A program made the translations under genes and the position numbers. This document shows, one piece after another, positions 1 to 10,700 of a DNA stretch of 64,000 bases. This DNA comes from Azolla caroliniana. Lineage: Eukaryota; Plantae; Polypodiophyta. Position 1 is the stretch's first letter. Each line of letters begins with the position of its first letter. The stretch spans positions 4,774,001 to 4,838,000 of the forward strand of contig JBHGNT010000012.1 in the NCBI GenBank assembly GCA_043228905.1, read 5' to 3'. Below the pieces are notes generated by a model. It did not search any database. It worked only from the letters and a program-made list of their open reading frames with translations, and was not told the origin of the DNA.

Positions 1-65
1 GGAGAACAGAAGATACATACAGACCCCTGCAGACAGACAGAGGCAGAGTACAGAACCAGACCAGA

Positions 66-71
<6 letters not shown>

Positions 72-96
<25 letters not shown>

Positions 97-97
97 A
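72..97. repeat. (CA)n microsatellite in SUMO 5' leader
   Basis: Direct reading of the cacaca run. Confidence 0.9.
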
Positions 98-131
98 GAA
101 TCAGAAGCTCTGAGAGAGAGAGATATCAGCT

Positions 132-2279
132 ATGGAGTTCGGCAACAACACACAGGGTAGCAATCCAACTCAGCAGCAGCAGCAAACCGGGGAAGACGAG
201 AAGAAACCCCTCGATCAACACCTCAGCCTCAAAGTTAAAGGCCAGGTTCATCCTCCTCCTCCTCCTCCTTTCCTCTCTTCTTCTCTGTCTCTTTGCTTTT
301 TTTCGTACTCAGGTTCAAACAGTAAGGCCTCGTTTTCTCGGTACCCTAACCCTAGACAAACCGATTCTTACATATCATTGCTCTTTCTCTCATGTCTTGA
401 TTAACGCTAACCTTGCGAAAATGTTGCTTACAGATTCAGGTCATCTTTCTGTGATTCCTAGACCTAGCCATAGGATGAGGAAGAAGAGTATATCTTTCTG
501 TTATTTTGAAATCCGAGCTATATAAGGAAGAAGAAGATTGCTTTTCTTTCTTTAAAGAGTACACGCTTCTATGATTTTGAAACCATAGCCACGAGAGGAA
601 GAAGAAGATACGTTTTCTTTCATTAAGCAGAACATCACTCTCTGACTTTGAAACCCTAATCATATGAGAAATAAGCAGATATATTTTCTTTTTTTAAAAG
701 AGTACAAATTTCTGAGATTTAAACCTTAGTCATAAGAGCAAGAAGAGAAGAGATACTTTTCCTTCATTTGAAGTGAACGTCTTTCGTTGATTTTGAAACC
801 CTAGCAATCGGTGGAAGGAGAAGAAAATAATGTTTCCTTCACTTATCAAAGAGTCCGAGAAGAAAATAATGCTTCCTTCACTTATCAAAGAGTACATAAA
901 TAAATTAGTTTTGTAGTATTAATAATAATATGATACAGATGTTTTTATCTTTCTGTGTCTTTTGAATATGGATCTTTCCTGATTGTTTGCTGCCATATCT
1001 TGTTGATCATAGATCTCTCGTTACTTTCTTCTCTGGCTGTTGAATGTCTCGTAGCTGTTGTGATGACAATCTTTCTGCTAGGGTTTTGCAACCCATGAAG
1101 ACATATCAGATGCGAAAAGGAATATTACTGATGTGCAAAAATCTTAGAACAATTGCTATTTAACTCCTAGACTGTTAAAAGAAATGCTATATACAAGACT
1201 GTGGATTCCCTAGCACATTGAATGTTACAGATTTATGCTCGACTATAGATGTTCAACCCTAATAACGTTTCCTTTCCATAAAGAAAGGTGCATGTTCTTG
1301 TAACTCTCCAAAAATATATGAACCTTCATGATCATGATTTGCCTGGATGATTATTTTCATTTGTGAGGAGAGCAGGTTTAGTAAATCTTTTTTATGTTAA
1401 ATGCTGTAGAGTATATATATATATCTATTTATGAATACAGGTTGAATATACTAAATTTGGCCCTTCGATTGGGAACCTGAATAAATTCAAAGTGCATAAG
1501 TATAAAATTAATTGAACTTAGGCTCATTGGGAACCTGTATAAATAATATAGAATGTACAGATATGGCAAATAGAAAAGAGTATGTGCTCAATTGAATGAC
1601 ATGACAAATTTTTGGCAGTAGATTTATGTTTTTTCATACAGGTTTACTTCTCTGCTTGCTATTAACCTTTTCTAGCATCCAACTTTACATATTTGTATTT
1701 GTGTGTGAAACTGATATTTAGGCTAATATTATAGTTCATCGATATTGAATACATCCACTGCCGCCTTGTCATTTCCAATTTTCTGTATGTGGTGGTATCT
1801 CTACTTACTTCACTTTGAATGTGGAAATGCAGGATGGAAATGAAGTGTTCTTTAGAATCAAGCGTTCAACACAACTGAAGAAGCTAATGAATGCATATTG
1901 TGAGAGGCAATCAGTAGATCCGAACTCTATGGCTTTCTTGTTTGATGGTCGCCGTCTAAGGGCTGAGCAGACACCTGCCGAAGTATGTGATACATAGAGT
2001 CCTTTCTAGTGATGAAGTGCAGTTTAGATTATCTCCATTTCAAAATGCTTGTTAAATTTAGATGTCACCATTTCAAAATTCTGTTGAAGTATGTTTTTTA
2101 GGTCTATTTTTCCTTTCGCTTTTCCTCATTTTTACTGAGCTCTGATGCTGCAGTTAAAGCAGCAACATACTTTTAACAGCTAATAGTGTGCTGTCAATTC
2201 TTGTTCTGTATTTTTCCAGCTGGAGATGGAGGAAGGAGATGAGATTGATGCGATGCTTCATCAGACTGGTGGATTCTAA
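132..2279 (+). CDS. SUMO: Small ubiquitin-like modifier (SUMO1/2-type), 3 exons, 107 aa
   Basis: Exons 132-245, 1833-1982, 2220-2279 joined by phase-0 GT-AG introns. Protein ...[38 protein letters not shown]...[35 protein letters not shown] has the typical plant SUMO sequence and the QTGG di-glycine motif. Confidence 0.97.
461..897 (+). repeat. Degenerate ~71-bp tandem repeat with telo-box-like unit starts, in SUMO intron 1
   Basis: Units start at 461, 509, 580, 651, 721 and 796 with AAACC(C/A/T)TA-like motifs, followed by GAAGAAG, T-rich, AAAGAGTAC and TGATTTTG elements. The last unit has a short near-exact internal duplication. Confidence 0.75.
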
Positions 2280-4061
2280 CTTTGAATTAAAGGGGGGGTT
2301 TCTCCTTGTTTTTCTTGTATGAATGATTTGAACAGATCTCTATGAAAGGCTAGGACTTCAGTAATGGGTTGTTTAAGACTCTAAAATCTGTGTTACAGTA
2401 GAGCAATTGTGCTTTTTTGTCACCGTGTTTGATACAATTCATGACTGTGCATGCTTGATTTTGCATAGAGCAGTTGTGCGATTGTGACCTGACTCGACAC
2501 ATTTTAATGATTATAATGGTTGACATTATGTATTAAAATCTATATATTATTATTGTAGTTCGTTGGTGAGATGTTGTTGGGCTACATATATCAAAAGAAT
2601 AAATAGTTCTTCGACATGATGTATACATATATAAGAAAATCTTTCATGTTTTATAGCATGGTACTCTTGTTTAACCTTGCATTGATGTAGGTTTTAATTA
2701 ACATATTGATCGGGAATGGTGCCATTTCATCCTTCTAATTTGTACACAAAAAATATGTTTGCATATATAGCTAATGGGGGAAAGATAATTGTTTTATGCA
2801 TTTCTTATTACTCAAAGAATGTAAATGTTACAGCATTTTATGTCATTTGGAATTTTATGTATTGACCTGATACATGCTATCTTATGCTTGGTCATTTGAG
2901 CCATAGCATGATAGCTTTAACTTTATTTCTAACTTCTATGGCCTATATCTCTCATTCTCTTTCAAATTATCTAGCTTTATAGGCTTTCATCACGCTGAAA
3001 AGAAGTTAGAGCATAAAATGAGGGGTTTCACTAATATTAAAGGTTAGAACCTTCCATTGCTTGATATGTCAGTTGCCTTAACCACTAAATATTAGCCATG
3101 TGCATTGCTCTGAGCCACCAAAGGTTTCTACTTATTCTACATGATAGATTCGTTTGAAATAATGTTTTCCATTTCCTCATGTGTAGTATATGTCAGATTC
3201 CCCTGAAGTAGTGTATGATTGCATTCCATTCAGCATATTTGTTGTGCAAAATAATTCTCTCCATAACATATTCATCTTTGAGAGAGAACACGGTCTTGTT
3301 ATCATTGTTAAAAGATGCTTGGTAAATCCCAAAAATAATCATTTTAGACTACATAAGTGTTTTTTGCATTGGAGGTTGTTGATTAGCCATTGATGCCTTG
3401 GTAGCTCTTTAGTAACTAGTTGGCAAGTTGGTTTCTCTTTTCATTTAGTGTTTCATATCATTTTTATCAGATTTAAGGTCTAATAGTTGATTTTATCAAG
3501 TACACGGGGCTTGCCATAGAATTGATTTTCTTTGAGACTAATCATATAGATATACATTTGGTAGCCTAATGGATTCCTAGAAGAACTTGCCTAATTCTAT
3601 TGTGGGGATTGTCAACCTTTCTCCTTGAGTTATACCTTCAATGCTTTGCTTATGTTTGGATTTACTTCCAATGTTGATCCTCTTTCCTTAATTACTTCTC
3701 TCTTGCACATATTTCATTTTGTTACGAAACAACAATCACTTGTGATTTCTTATTTATTCCTTATGTTTACTACGTTTTTAATCAATGACTTATCATTACA
3801 AAAAGTGTTATGTACCTTTTCCAATGGTGTCATTCAATGTTGAGAATGTCTATAGATGATTTTAGGAGATTTCCACTTGTACAATATTATAAATTTTCAC
3901 ATCCACCATGGCATCCACCTTCCCGAGTAGGGTGACAATTAGCAAATGGTTTGCAACTTCAAGAAGTGTTGGCCAATATTATTTGGTCGACAACTCCTAT
4001 TTGGGCAAAACACTATTGAAACCCCAAGATAATGAATCTTGTGTGAGTTTCTTGAAGAACA

Positions 4062-4220
4062 AATTGATAAATCCCATCCACCTAGATAATTTAATGTTAC
4101 AAATGATGAAGGAACTAGTAGATTCAAATAGGAACCGACATAAAATAAACCAAATTTTATTCCCAAATATTCAGTTTGATAACCCGCCACCAGTTCTTCT
4201 TCCCCCTTTGGTAGATTGAA
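4062..4220 (-). pseudogene. ndhA: Nuclear plastid DNA insert (NUPT), fragment of ndhA exon 2
   Basis: Translates to [53 protein letters not shown], matching plastid NdhA ([49 protein letters not shown]). Flanks are unrelated. Confidence 0.9.
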
Positions 4221-4998
4221 TCCCTTGCTCATCTTCAAATGTATCTTATGTATGAATAATTGGGATCGTGTTTTATATTTATCAACGTGTGGTATCAACC
4301 TCACCCATCTATAATTTCTAGTAAGCATTCTAATAAACCACAATGACATTTGATAAAAGAAACGAAGCCAATTGTGGTCATCATGATAATGTTGTGAATA
4401 ATGACAATAAAAACATTAGTTATTGTTCCAAGTATTGGTTCAAGTTGTAGCTTACAAACAAATTATTTGCTTTCTTTGTGTGTGTTTTCGTAATTACAAG
4501 ATCAAAAAGCTTTTTACACCAATGTGTCATGATGTCCTAGTAATAGTGGATTCTAAGGTTGTATTGTAAAGTTTTGGTTTTTGGGAGTGGATAACACAAA
4601 CCAATCAAAGCTTTTCTCCCACTGCCCCAGCTTCCTTTTGTGACTTCTTTTGACCAAACCATAGTAGCTTCTCAACGATTGGGATTGTTTGGCATTGTTT
4701 ATCGGGGTGAATGGAATAGATGAGGTCTCAACCTGTCTTGGGATTGTTGGTCTTTCTCTTGGAAGTACCACTTATGATTTACTTGAGGTTGATTCTCTTT
4801 CATTAATTGTTATTCCTCTCTAACACACATTTCTTTTTCTTCTGAAACCACAACTTGTAATTTCATGTTTATCCCTTATGTTTAGTACATCATTTATAAA
4901 TAACACACCATTAGGAAGCGTGTTATGTACCTTCACCACCGATGTTATTTGGTGCTCAAGGTCTTATGAATGACCTTTTTGGGCATCACCACTTGTAT

Positions 4999-5060
4999 TA
5001 TATATATATATCTATATATATATATCTATCTATCTATATATATATATCTATCTATATATA
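4999..5060. repeat. (TA)n/(TCTA)n compound microsatellite
   Basis: Direct reading. Confidence 0.85.
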
Positions 5061-5269
5061 TTGTGTGGGATTTGAGCACGAGGAGAACCAATAAAAGCAT
5101 GGTTTTTTTATTGTTTTTCTCAACCAAACAACTTCCAAATTTTGAAAGTGCATAAGTCATTTGTACTAGTGTTCCAAAGTTACGCATGAATTGTCATTTT
5201 GTAGTGGGTTTCAACTTCCTTTGAATGTTCTTTGAATGTGTTTATGTGTGTTTATATGCAATTACAAGT

Positions 5270-5440
5270 GTGAGAGGTGTTTGGAAGGAGTATGTTGGAG
5301 ACGTGTATTTCAAGAATGTATGATGGAAGAATGGTATTTGGGGAAGTGTGTTGGGATAAGGGTATTTTGGGAAAGTGTGATAGAAAATGGCATTCGAAGA
5401 AAGTGCGTTGCGAAAAGGGTACTTTAGGAAAGTGCATTGG
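5270..5440. repeat. Degenerate ~31-bp minisatellite (GGTATTTTGGGAAAGTGTG-like unit)
   Basis: Recurring ggtatttggggaagtgtg, ggtattttgggaaagtgtg and ggtactttaggaaagtgc units. Confidence 0.55.
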
Positions 5441-6267
5441 CTCCCTTGTTTCCTTTTTTTCCTGAGGATGGACTTTAGCTAAATCAATGTCTGAATGCCT
5501 GATCTAGCAAAAAAATTCTCCAATTTAGCTCTTCTACACAAAATGCACACTTGAAATGTTTCATTGTCCCCAAAAGCAGAAATGTCATTGGTTGGCCAAA
5601 ACACCAAGTTTTTCAAGACTTGATGTTGCAAGTTCAACTTTCGCCATTTGCAATCTCCTTTGATTTTAACTTCCTTGTAGAAGCTTTGATTGATGACCTA
5701 AAAACCCACCTTGATTTCCACGGAATTTCCGATGAAAAAGATAAAGTGTTGGGAGGAGATCCTCGAGTTTCAGCTAGCGAGTTTGTGATTGAGAACCACT
5801 TCACTTTTTTACATGGAAGACCCCTACATGCCCACTTGTACTGCAATAATCCACTCGTCGACAGAGCCTGCACATATGCCTCAATATGTCCAATGCTAAC
5901 AATGAGCTCTCATTACCCTTTTATAGGTTTTAAGAGCCCATCTACCAAAATAGTAAGTGTTTGTTTTGTAGCACTTGACCTCGAGATTAGACTCTAATCT
6001 GACCAAGAATTTATGCATCCCTTTTTGTTTTTATCGCATACGTTGACCATACACTTTGCTTACTATGATGAGATCCAAACCTTCCATCTTATCAATCCAA
6101 GAGTAAGCTCTCACCAATTGAGCTATCTCTCTTTGTTGATTTCATCTACTTCTACATCCAACTCATCCTTGCCACTTCTTTGACCATAACTCGAACTCAC
6201 CATAAATTCAGTTCGAGACGTTTTTCCTCCTCTGCACATGCCATGTCACAACACGGGGTGGTGAGAG

Positions 6268-6769
6268 TAACAACTGGCAACACCGAACCAAACCGCAAAA
6301 CCGTGGCTTAACGGTTTCAACAGTTCGGTTCAGGTTCAGGTTTTTTAAAACGGTTCGGTTCGGTTTTAACAGCTAGAAACCGCGGTTTAAATGGTTTAAC
6401 GGTTTTTATTTTTTTATTTTTTATTTAAATAAAAATTTAAGAATTTGTAAAAATATTAAAAGATAGTTTTTAAACAATCTTTTTATTTTTAGACCTTATT
6501 CTCACATTTTAGGAACATCGTAAAAAATTAAAAATAAAAATAAAAAATATATTATAAATTCTTAAAAATTAAAAAATTAAAAATTAAAATATTAACCTAT
6601 GTTGAAAACCGAAACTGAAGCACGAAACCGCGGATTTTATGGTTTAAATGGTTTAATGGTTTCGTGGTTTGGTTTGGTTTGGTTTAGGTTAATTTTTTTT
6701 ATTTAAAAACGGTTTGGTTTGGACCCTCTCAAACCGAACCGAACCAAACCGAACCATTGCCGATTGTTA
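6268..6769. mobile_element. Non-autonomous hAT-type MITE, 502 bp
   Basis: 13-bp TIRs TAACAACTGGCAA / TTGCCGATTGTTA with 2 mismatches. Perfect 8-bp TSD GGTGAGAG at 6260-6267 and 6770-6777. Subterminal AAACCG/CGGTTT clusters and an AT-rich core. Confidence 0.9.
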
Positions 6770-7754
6770 GGTGAGAGGTTAAACCAGAGTTCGGAGTTCG
6801 CGAAGCAATAGGAGTCCTCATGAGTTCTTTCCCTTCATTGTTTACTGGCCAGTGTGTCTTGACCAGAGCCAGCCGAGCCGACTCACAGGCCGACTCCATG
6901 TGTGAAGCAAGCAAGGGAGACAAAGAGGGGGGGTGTAGTGTGAGGGGCAATATGAGAATTAGGGTAAAACGACAGGCCTATTTTTGGTAATTTCTGACGA
7001 TTTTGGACTTGGCCCCCTCCGTCGCCATGGCTGTTTCGTTAACCTTTTGATTCGCGCCTGCGTTCCTGCCTGTCTTTCTCGATGCTTCCCCAGCTTTTCT
7101 CTTTCCTCTCTCCTCCTCGGATTCGTAATCACCGCCGCTCGATCGCCCCGTTCAGCATGCGTCTTCCTTCCCTTTACTGCAGGTATTTCCTCCCTTCAGA
7201 ACTTCCGCAAATTACATGCTCCTCGCTTCCGTTTGGTTTGTGATTATGGCTTTCTTTGCATCCTCAGAGATCCTACTGATGTCGAGGTCTAGATTCCATG
7301 TCAAGGAAAAACACCTCCTCTGTCCTTTTATTTCGCAACACCCTTCGTACTCTTATTGAGACGGCCTGATCTTATTTTTCGCTCTCCATTCGATTTCCTT
7401 GAGATTTGAATGTTTGAGGACACAGTTCTTTTATATTCTCGAAGTCTATGTATGAGATACGATATCAACTTGAGATGCTCGGAGCTTGGAAGGAAATATA
7501 ACACCGAAAGCAAAGTTGAAATGAAGCAAACCTCCCCAATCCTTTAAAATTTTGATAGCGGATAACATGTCATCTCAGAAAAATGTCTAGATATGATTTC
7601 CAATTCATGAGAAGAGCGAGCTCATAGAAAGGGATTAAGGTTCAGATACATGTGTGCAATTATTTCTTGAGAAGTTCACTTAAAAGTTCAGTTTTGAATA
7701 CTATTTGAAGCGGTAGCATACTGAGGAGGAGGAAAATAACGTCAAATCTATGCC

Positions 7755-10700
7755 ATGGCATTGAGAGTCTGCCCATGTGGCATATGTGACAATGTCAATG
7801 CTCCCTCAGCTTGTGCAAAATGCATCAATTCAAGGTGTTATTTTTATGGTTGTATTTTATTTCTACAAAAGATTGAAATTTAGTGTTATTTTTTCATTTG
7901 AGTTTTCAATGGTTTTGCCCCCCCCCCCCCCCCCCCCCCACCTTCAGGTTGATTGAGAAATATAAGCTACTGGGAAGCCTGTCAAAGCGCCGTGATAACT
8001 TGTATATGGAAGTCCAGGCTCGTCTCAAAGCAAAGGTTCTCTAAATTCAGTTATCTTATTTTGCAATCAATAATTTGGTACCAAATTGTTTTAATTGAAT
8101 AATCCATTTAGACGGGACATGATTACACTTGAGATACAACTCAAAGATTTGATACTTGAAGGACATGTTACACATTGTTTCGAGGAACTTGGATCAAGAT
8201 TTATAATGTTGATGGTGCTATTGGAGCCTGTGATACTAGTTACCCTCTTGTTTGTTTTACTCATTGGCAAGAACAATGTCATACTCTTGTGTTCTTATTT
8301 GCTCGAGATTTATTTTCTTCCAGGATGCAAGACATGGCCTTTTTCTGTCTCTTATCATGATTGACCATGAAAAGTGTTTGAACACGATGTTTTTTTAAGG
8401 TTTATCCAATGATGTAAAAACTACATCTCTTCACTCCATGAAAAGAGATATGTGCTGCCTACACTTTGTAAGGAAGAAGAAGATAGAATGACAGTTTTCT
8501 GAAATACGTGAAGGCAGAGATATAGAAACTAAAAACAATTATGGGGATTAACACATAGGAGGATCAAAGAAGTAGACGCAGAACTGCAAAACAAAAACCT
8601 ACCACCTAAAAAATATACAAGGTAGGAGTGCACACACACATATGTGCTACCCAAGATACATAGAATTTGCTATTAGAAGAAGAGATTAAATGCTGCTAGG
8701 ACAATTAAGTCATGGCCTCATAAGTACTTATTTAATGCTGAGTGGAATCTTTTCTAAGGATCCCATTCAAACTACAAAATATTGTTTTCGAAGTTGTACT
8801 ACAGTTCTGAAAACGAGACTATACAACTTTAACAATAATTAGAAAATATTAAATAATATAAAAACTATTTTCTAGTTTAGTTAGAGAAACCTAAAGGGCC
8901 TTTAATCCCAACAACCTCCCACTTAAAGGAGCTAGGTTACTCTACTAGACAACGCCCACTCACTCAAGGCAGTGTTAATGAAGTCTTTGAGAAAGACTTT
9001 GTTAAACAATCTGCCAGATTCTTGGTGATATCAATCTTTACCGATTGGATTTGACCATTCTCTATCACCTCTCTAATGAAGTGATAGCGAATATCAACAT
9101 GTTTAGTTGCATGGTAAACATGGTTCTTTGCTAAACATATGGCACTTGGTTATCACAATGTAGTACTGGAATTTGTTTTGGGAATCCAAGCTCACTACAC
9201 AAAATAGTTAACCAAATGGCTTCTTTTGAAGCCTTTGTAGTTGAGATATACTCAGCTTCTGTAGTAGAGAGTGCAGAAATAGCTCCCCCTACGATAGTAT
9301 AGATGTAGCCGTAAGTAGATTTTCTTGTTTCTACATCTCCATCCATACCAGAATCACAATAACCATGAAGATTCAAGTTCCCTTTGCCATAACAAATGCA
9401 TTTTTCCTTAGTGCCTTTGAGATATGTATGGATAGATGTAACCACAACCCAATGGGTTTGTCCAGGTTGAGTCATAAATATGCTTACTATTCCAACTGCA
9501 TATTCAATATCAGGTCGTGTTGATATCATTGCATACATCAATGATCCACAAGCTGAAGCATATGGGATAGCTTGCATTTTTTTTTGTTTCCTCTATGTCT
9601 TTGGGATAATGTGCTTTTGAAAGCTTTACATGTGGTTGAAAAAGCACTGAAGATGGCTTTGCATCAGTCCTATGAAATCTTTCCAATACCTTCTCAATGT
9701 GCTTCTCTTGGGACACAAATAGTAACTTCTTTTTGCCTATCCCATTTGATTCTTATCCCAAGAATGTGCTTAGTGTTCCTGAGATCTTTCATAGAAAATA
9801 CAGATTTGAGTTTGCATTTTAATTCCTACAAACAGATTTCATGCTTTGCTGCAATGAGCTTGTCATCAACATAGAAAACCAAAATAATTGGATGGCCATC
9901 AATTTCCTTTTTCATATAGAGACAGACATCTGATTAGTGAAGCAATTTGAGAGCATGATAGAATCAAATTTCTTATATCAAAGATATGGGGCTTGTTTTA
10001 GCCCCTAGAGGTTGCGTCAAAGCTTACAAACAAAGTATGCTCTTCCTGGAATCAGGAACCCTTCAGGTTGCAATGTATAGATTTCCTCATTGAGGCTTCC
10101 ATGAAGGAAAGCCGTCTTTACGTCCATTTGATGTAACTCCAAATCCAAAAAGGCTGATATAGGAAAAAGTGTTCGAAGTGTAGTCATTTTGACCACTAGA
10201 GAAAAAACCTCCTGAAAATCAATTCCTTGTATTTGTTTGTACTCTTTGGCTACTAAATGAGCCTATACTTGGGTTTACCTTCAAGAGTGTTTACCTTGTA
10301 GACCCACTTGTTGGGTATAGTCTTTTTACCTTTGGGTAGCTCCACAAGCTCCCACATGTTATTCTCATGGAGTGCTTTGATCTCCTCTTGCGTAGCGAAC
10401 CCCCACTTGATAGAATGCTCACATGTCTTAGCCTCTTTAAGAGTGAGAGGCTCTCCTTCATCTGTTAAAAGTATTTGATGAAGAGATGGATCATACCTTT
10501 GGGTTGGACGCGTCAACCTAGTTGATCTCCTAACCCAATGATCTGCATTATTTGGACTTGGTTCCAAATCTAATGGAATATCTTCTTGCTGTAATTCAGG
10601 AGTTATTTCTTCATTTGTAGTTGGCTGTATTTGATCGTCATCTTCATGGTCTAAAATTTCTCTATTTTGCTGTCCATCTTCAGGCAATAGAACTGGTTTC

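Noticed and set aside
461-897. Intronic C/D snoRNA cluster in SUMO intron 1
   Set aside because: A few CTGA and TGA words occur, but there is no consistent RTGATGA box C or terminal stem. A tandem repeat explains it better.
3939-4349. 136-aa ORF as a functional nuclear NdhA
   Set aside because: Only about 53 codons are ndhA-like, conserved residues are mutated, and there is no transit peptide or remaining gene.
5551-5997. 148-aa ORF as a novel gene
   Set aside because: Non-ATG start, no recognisable motif or splice structure, and it lies among repeat debris.
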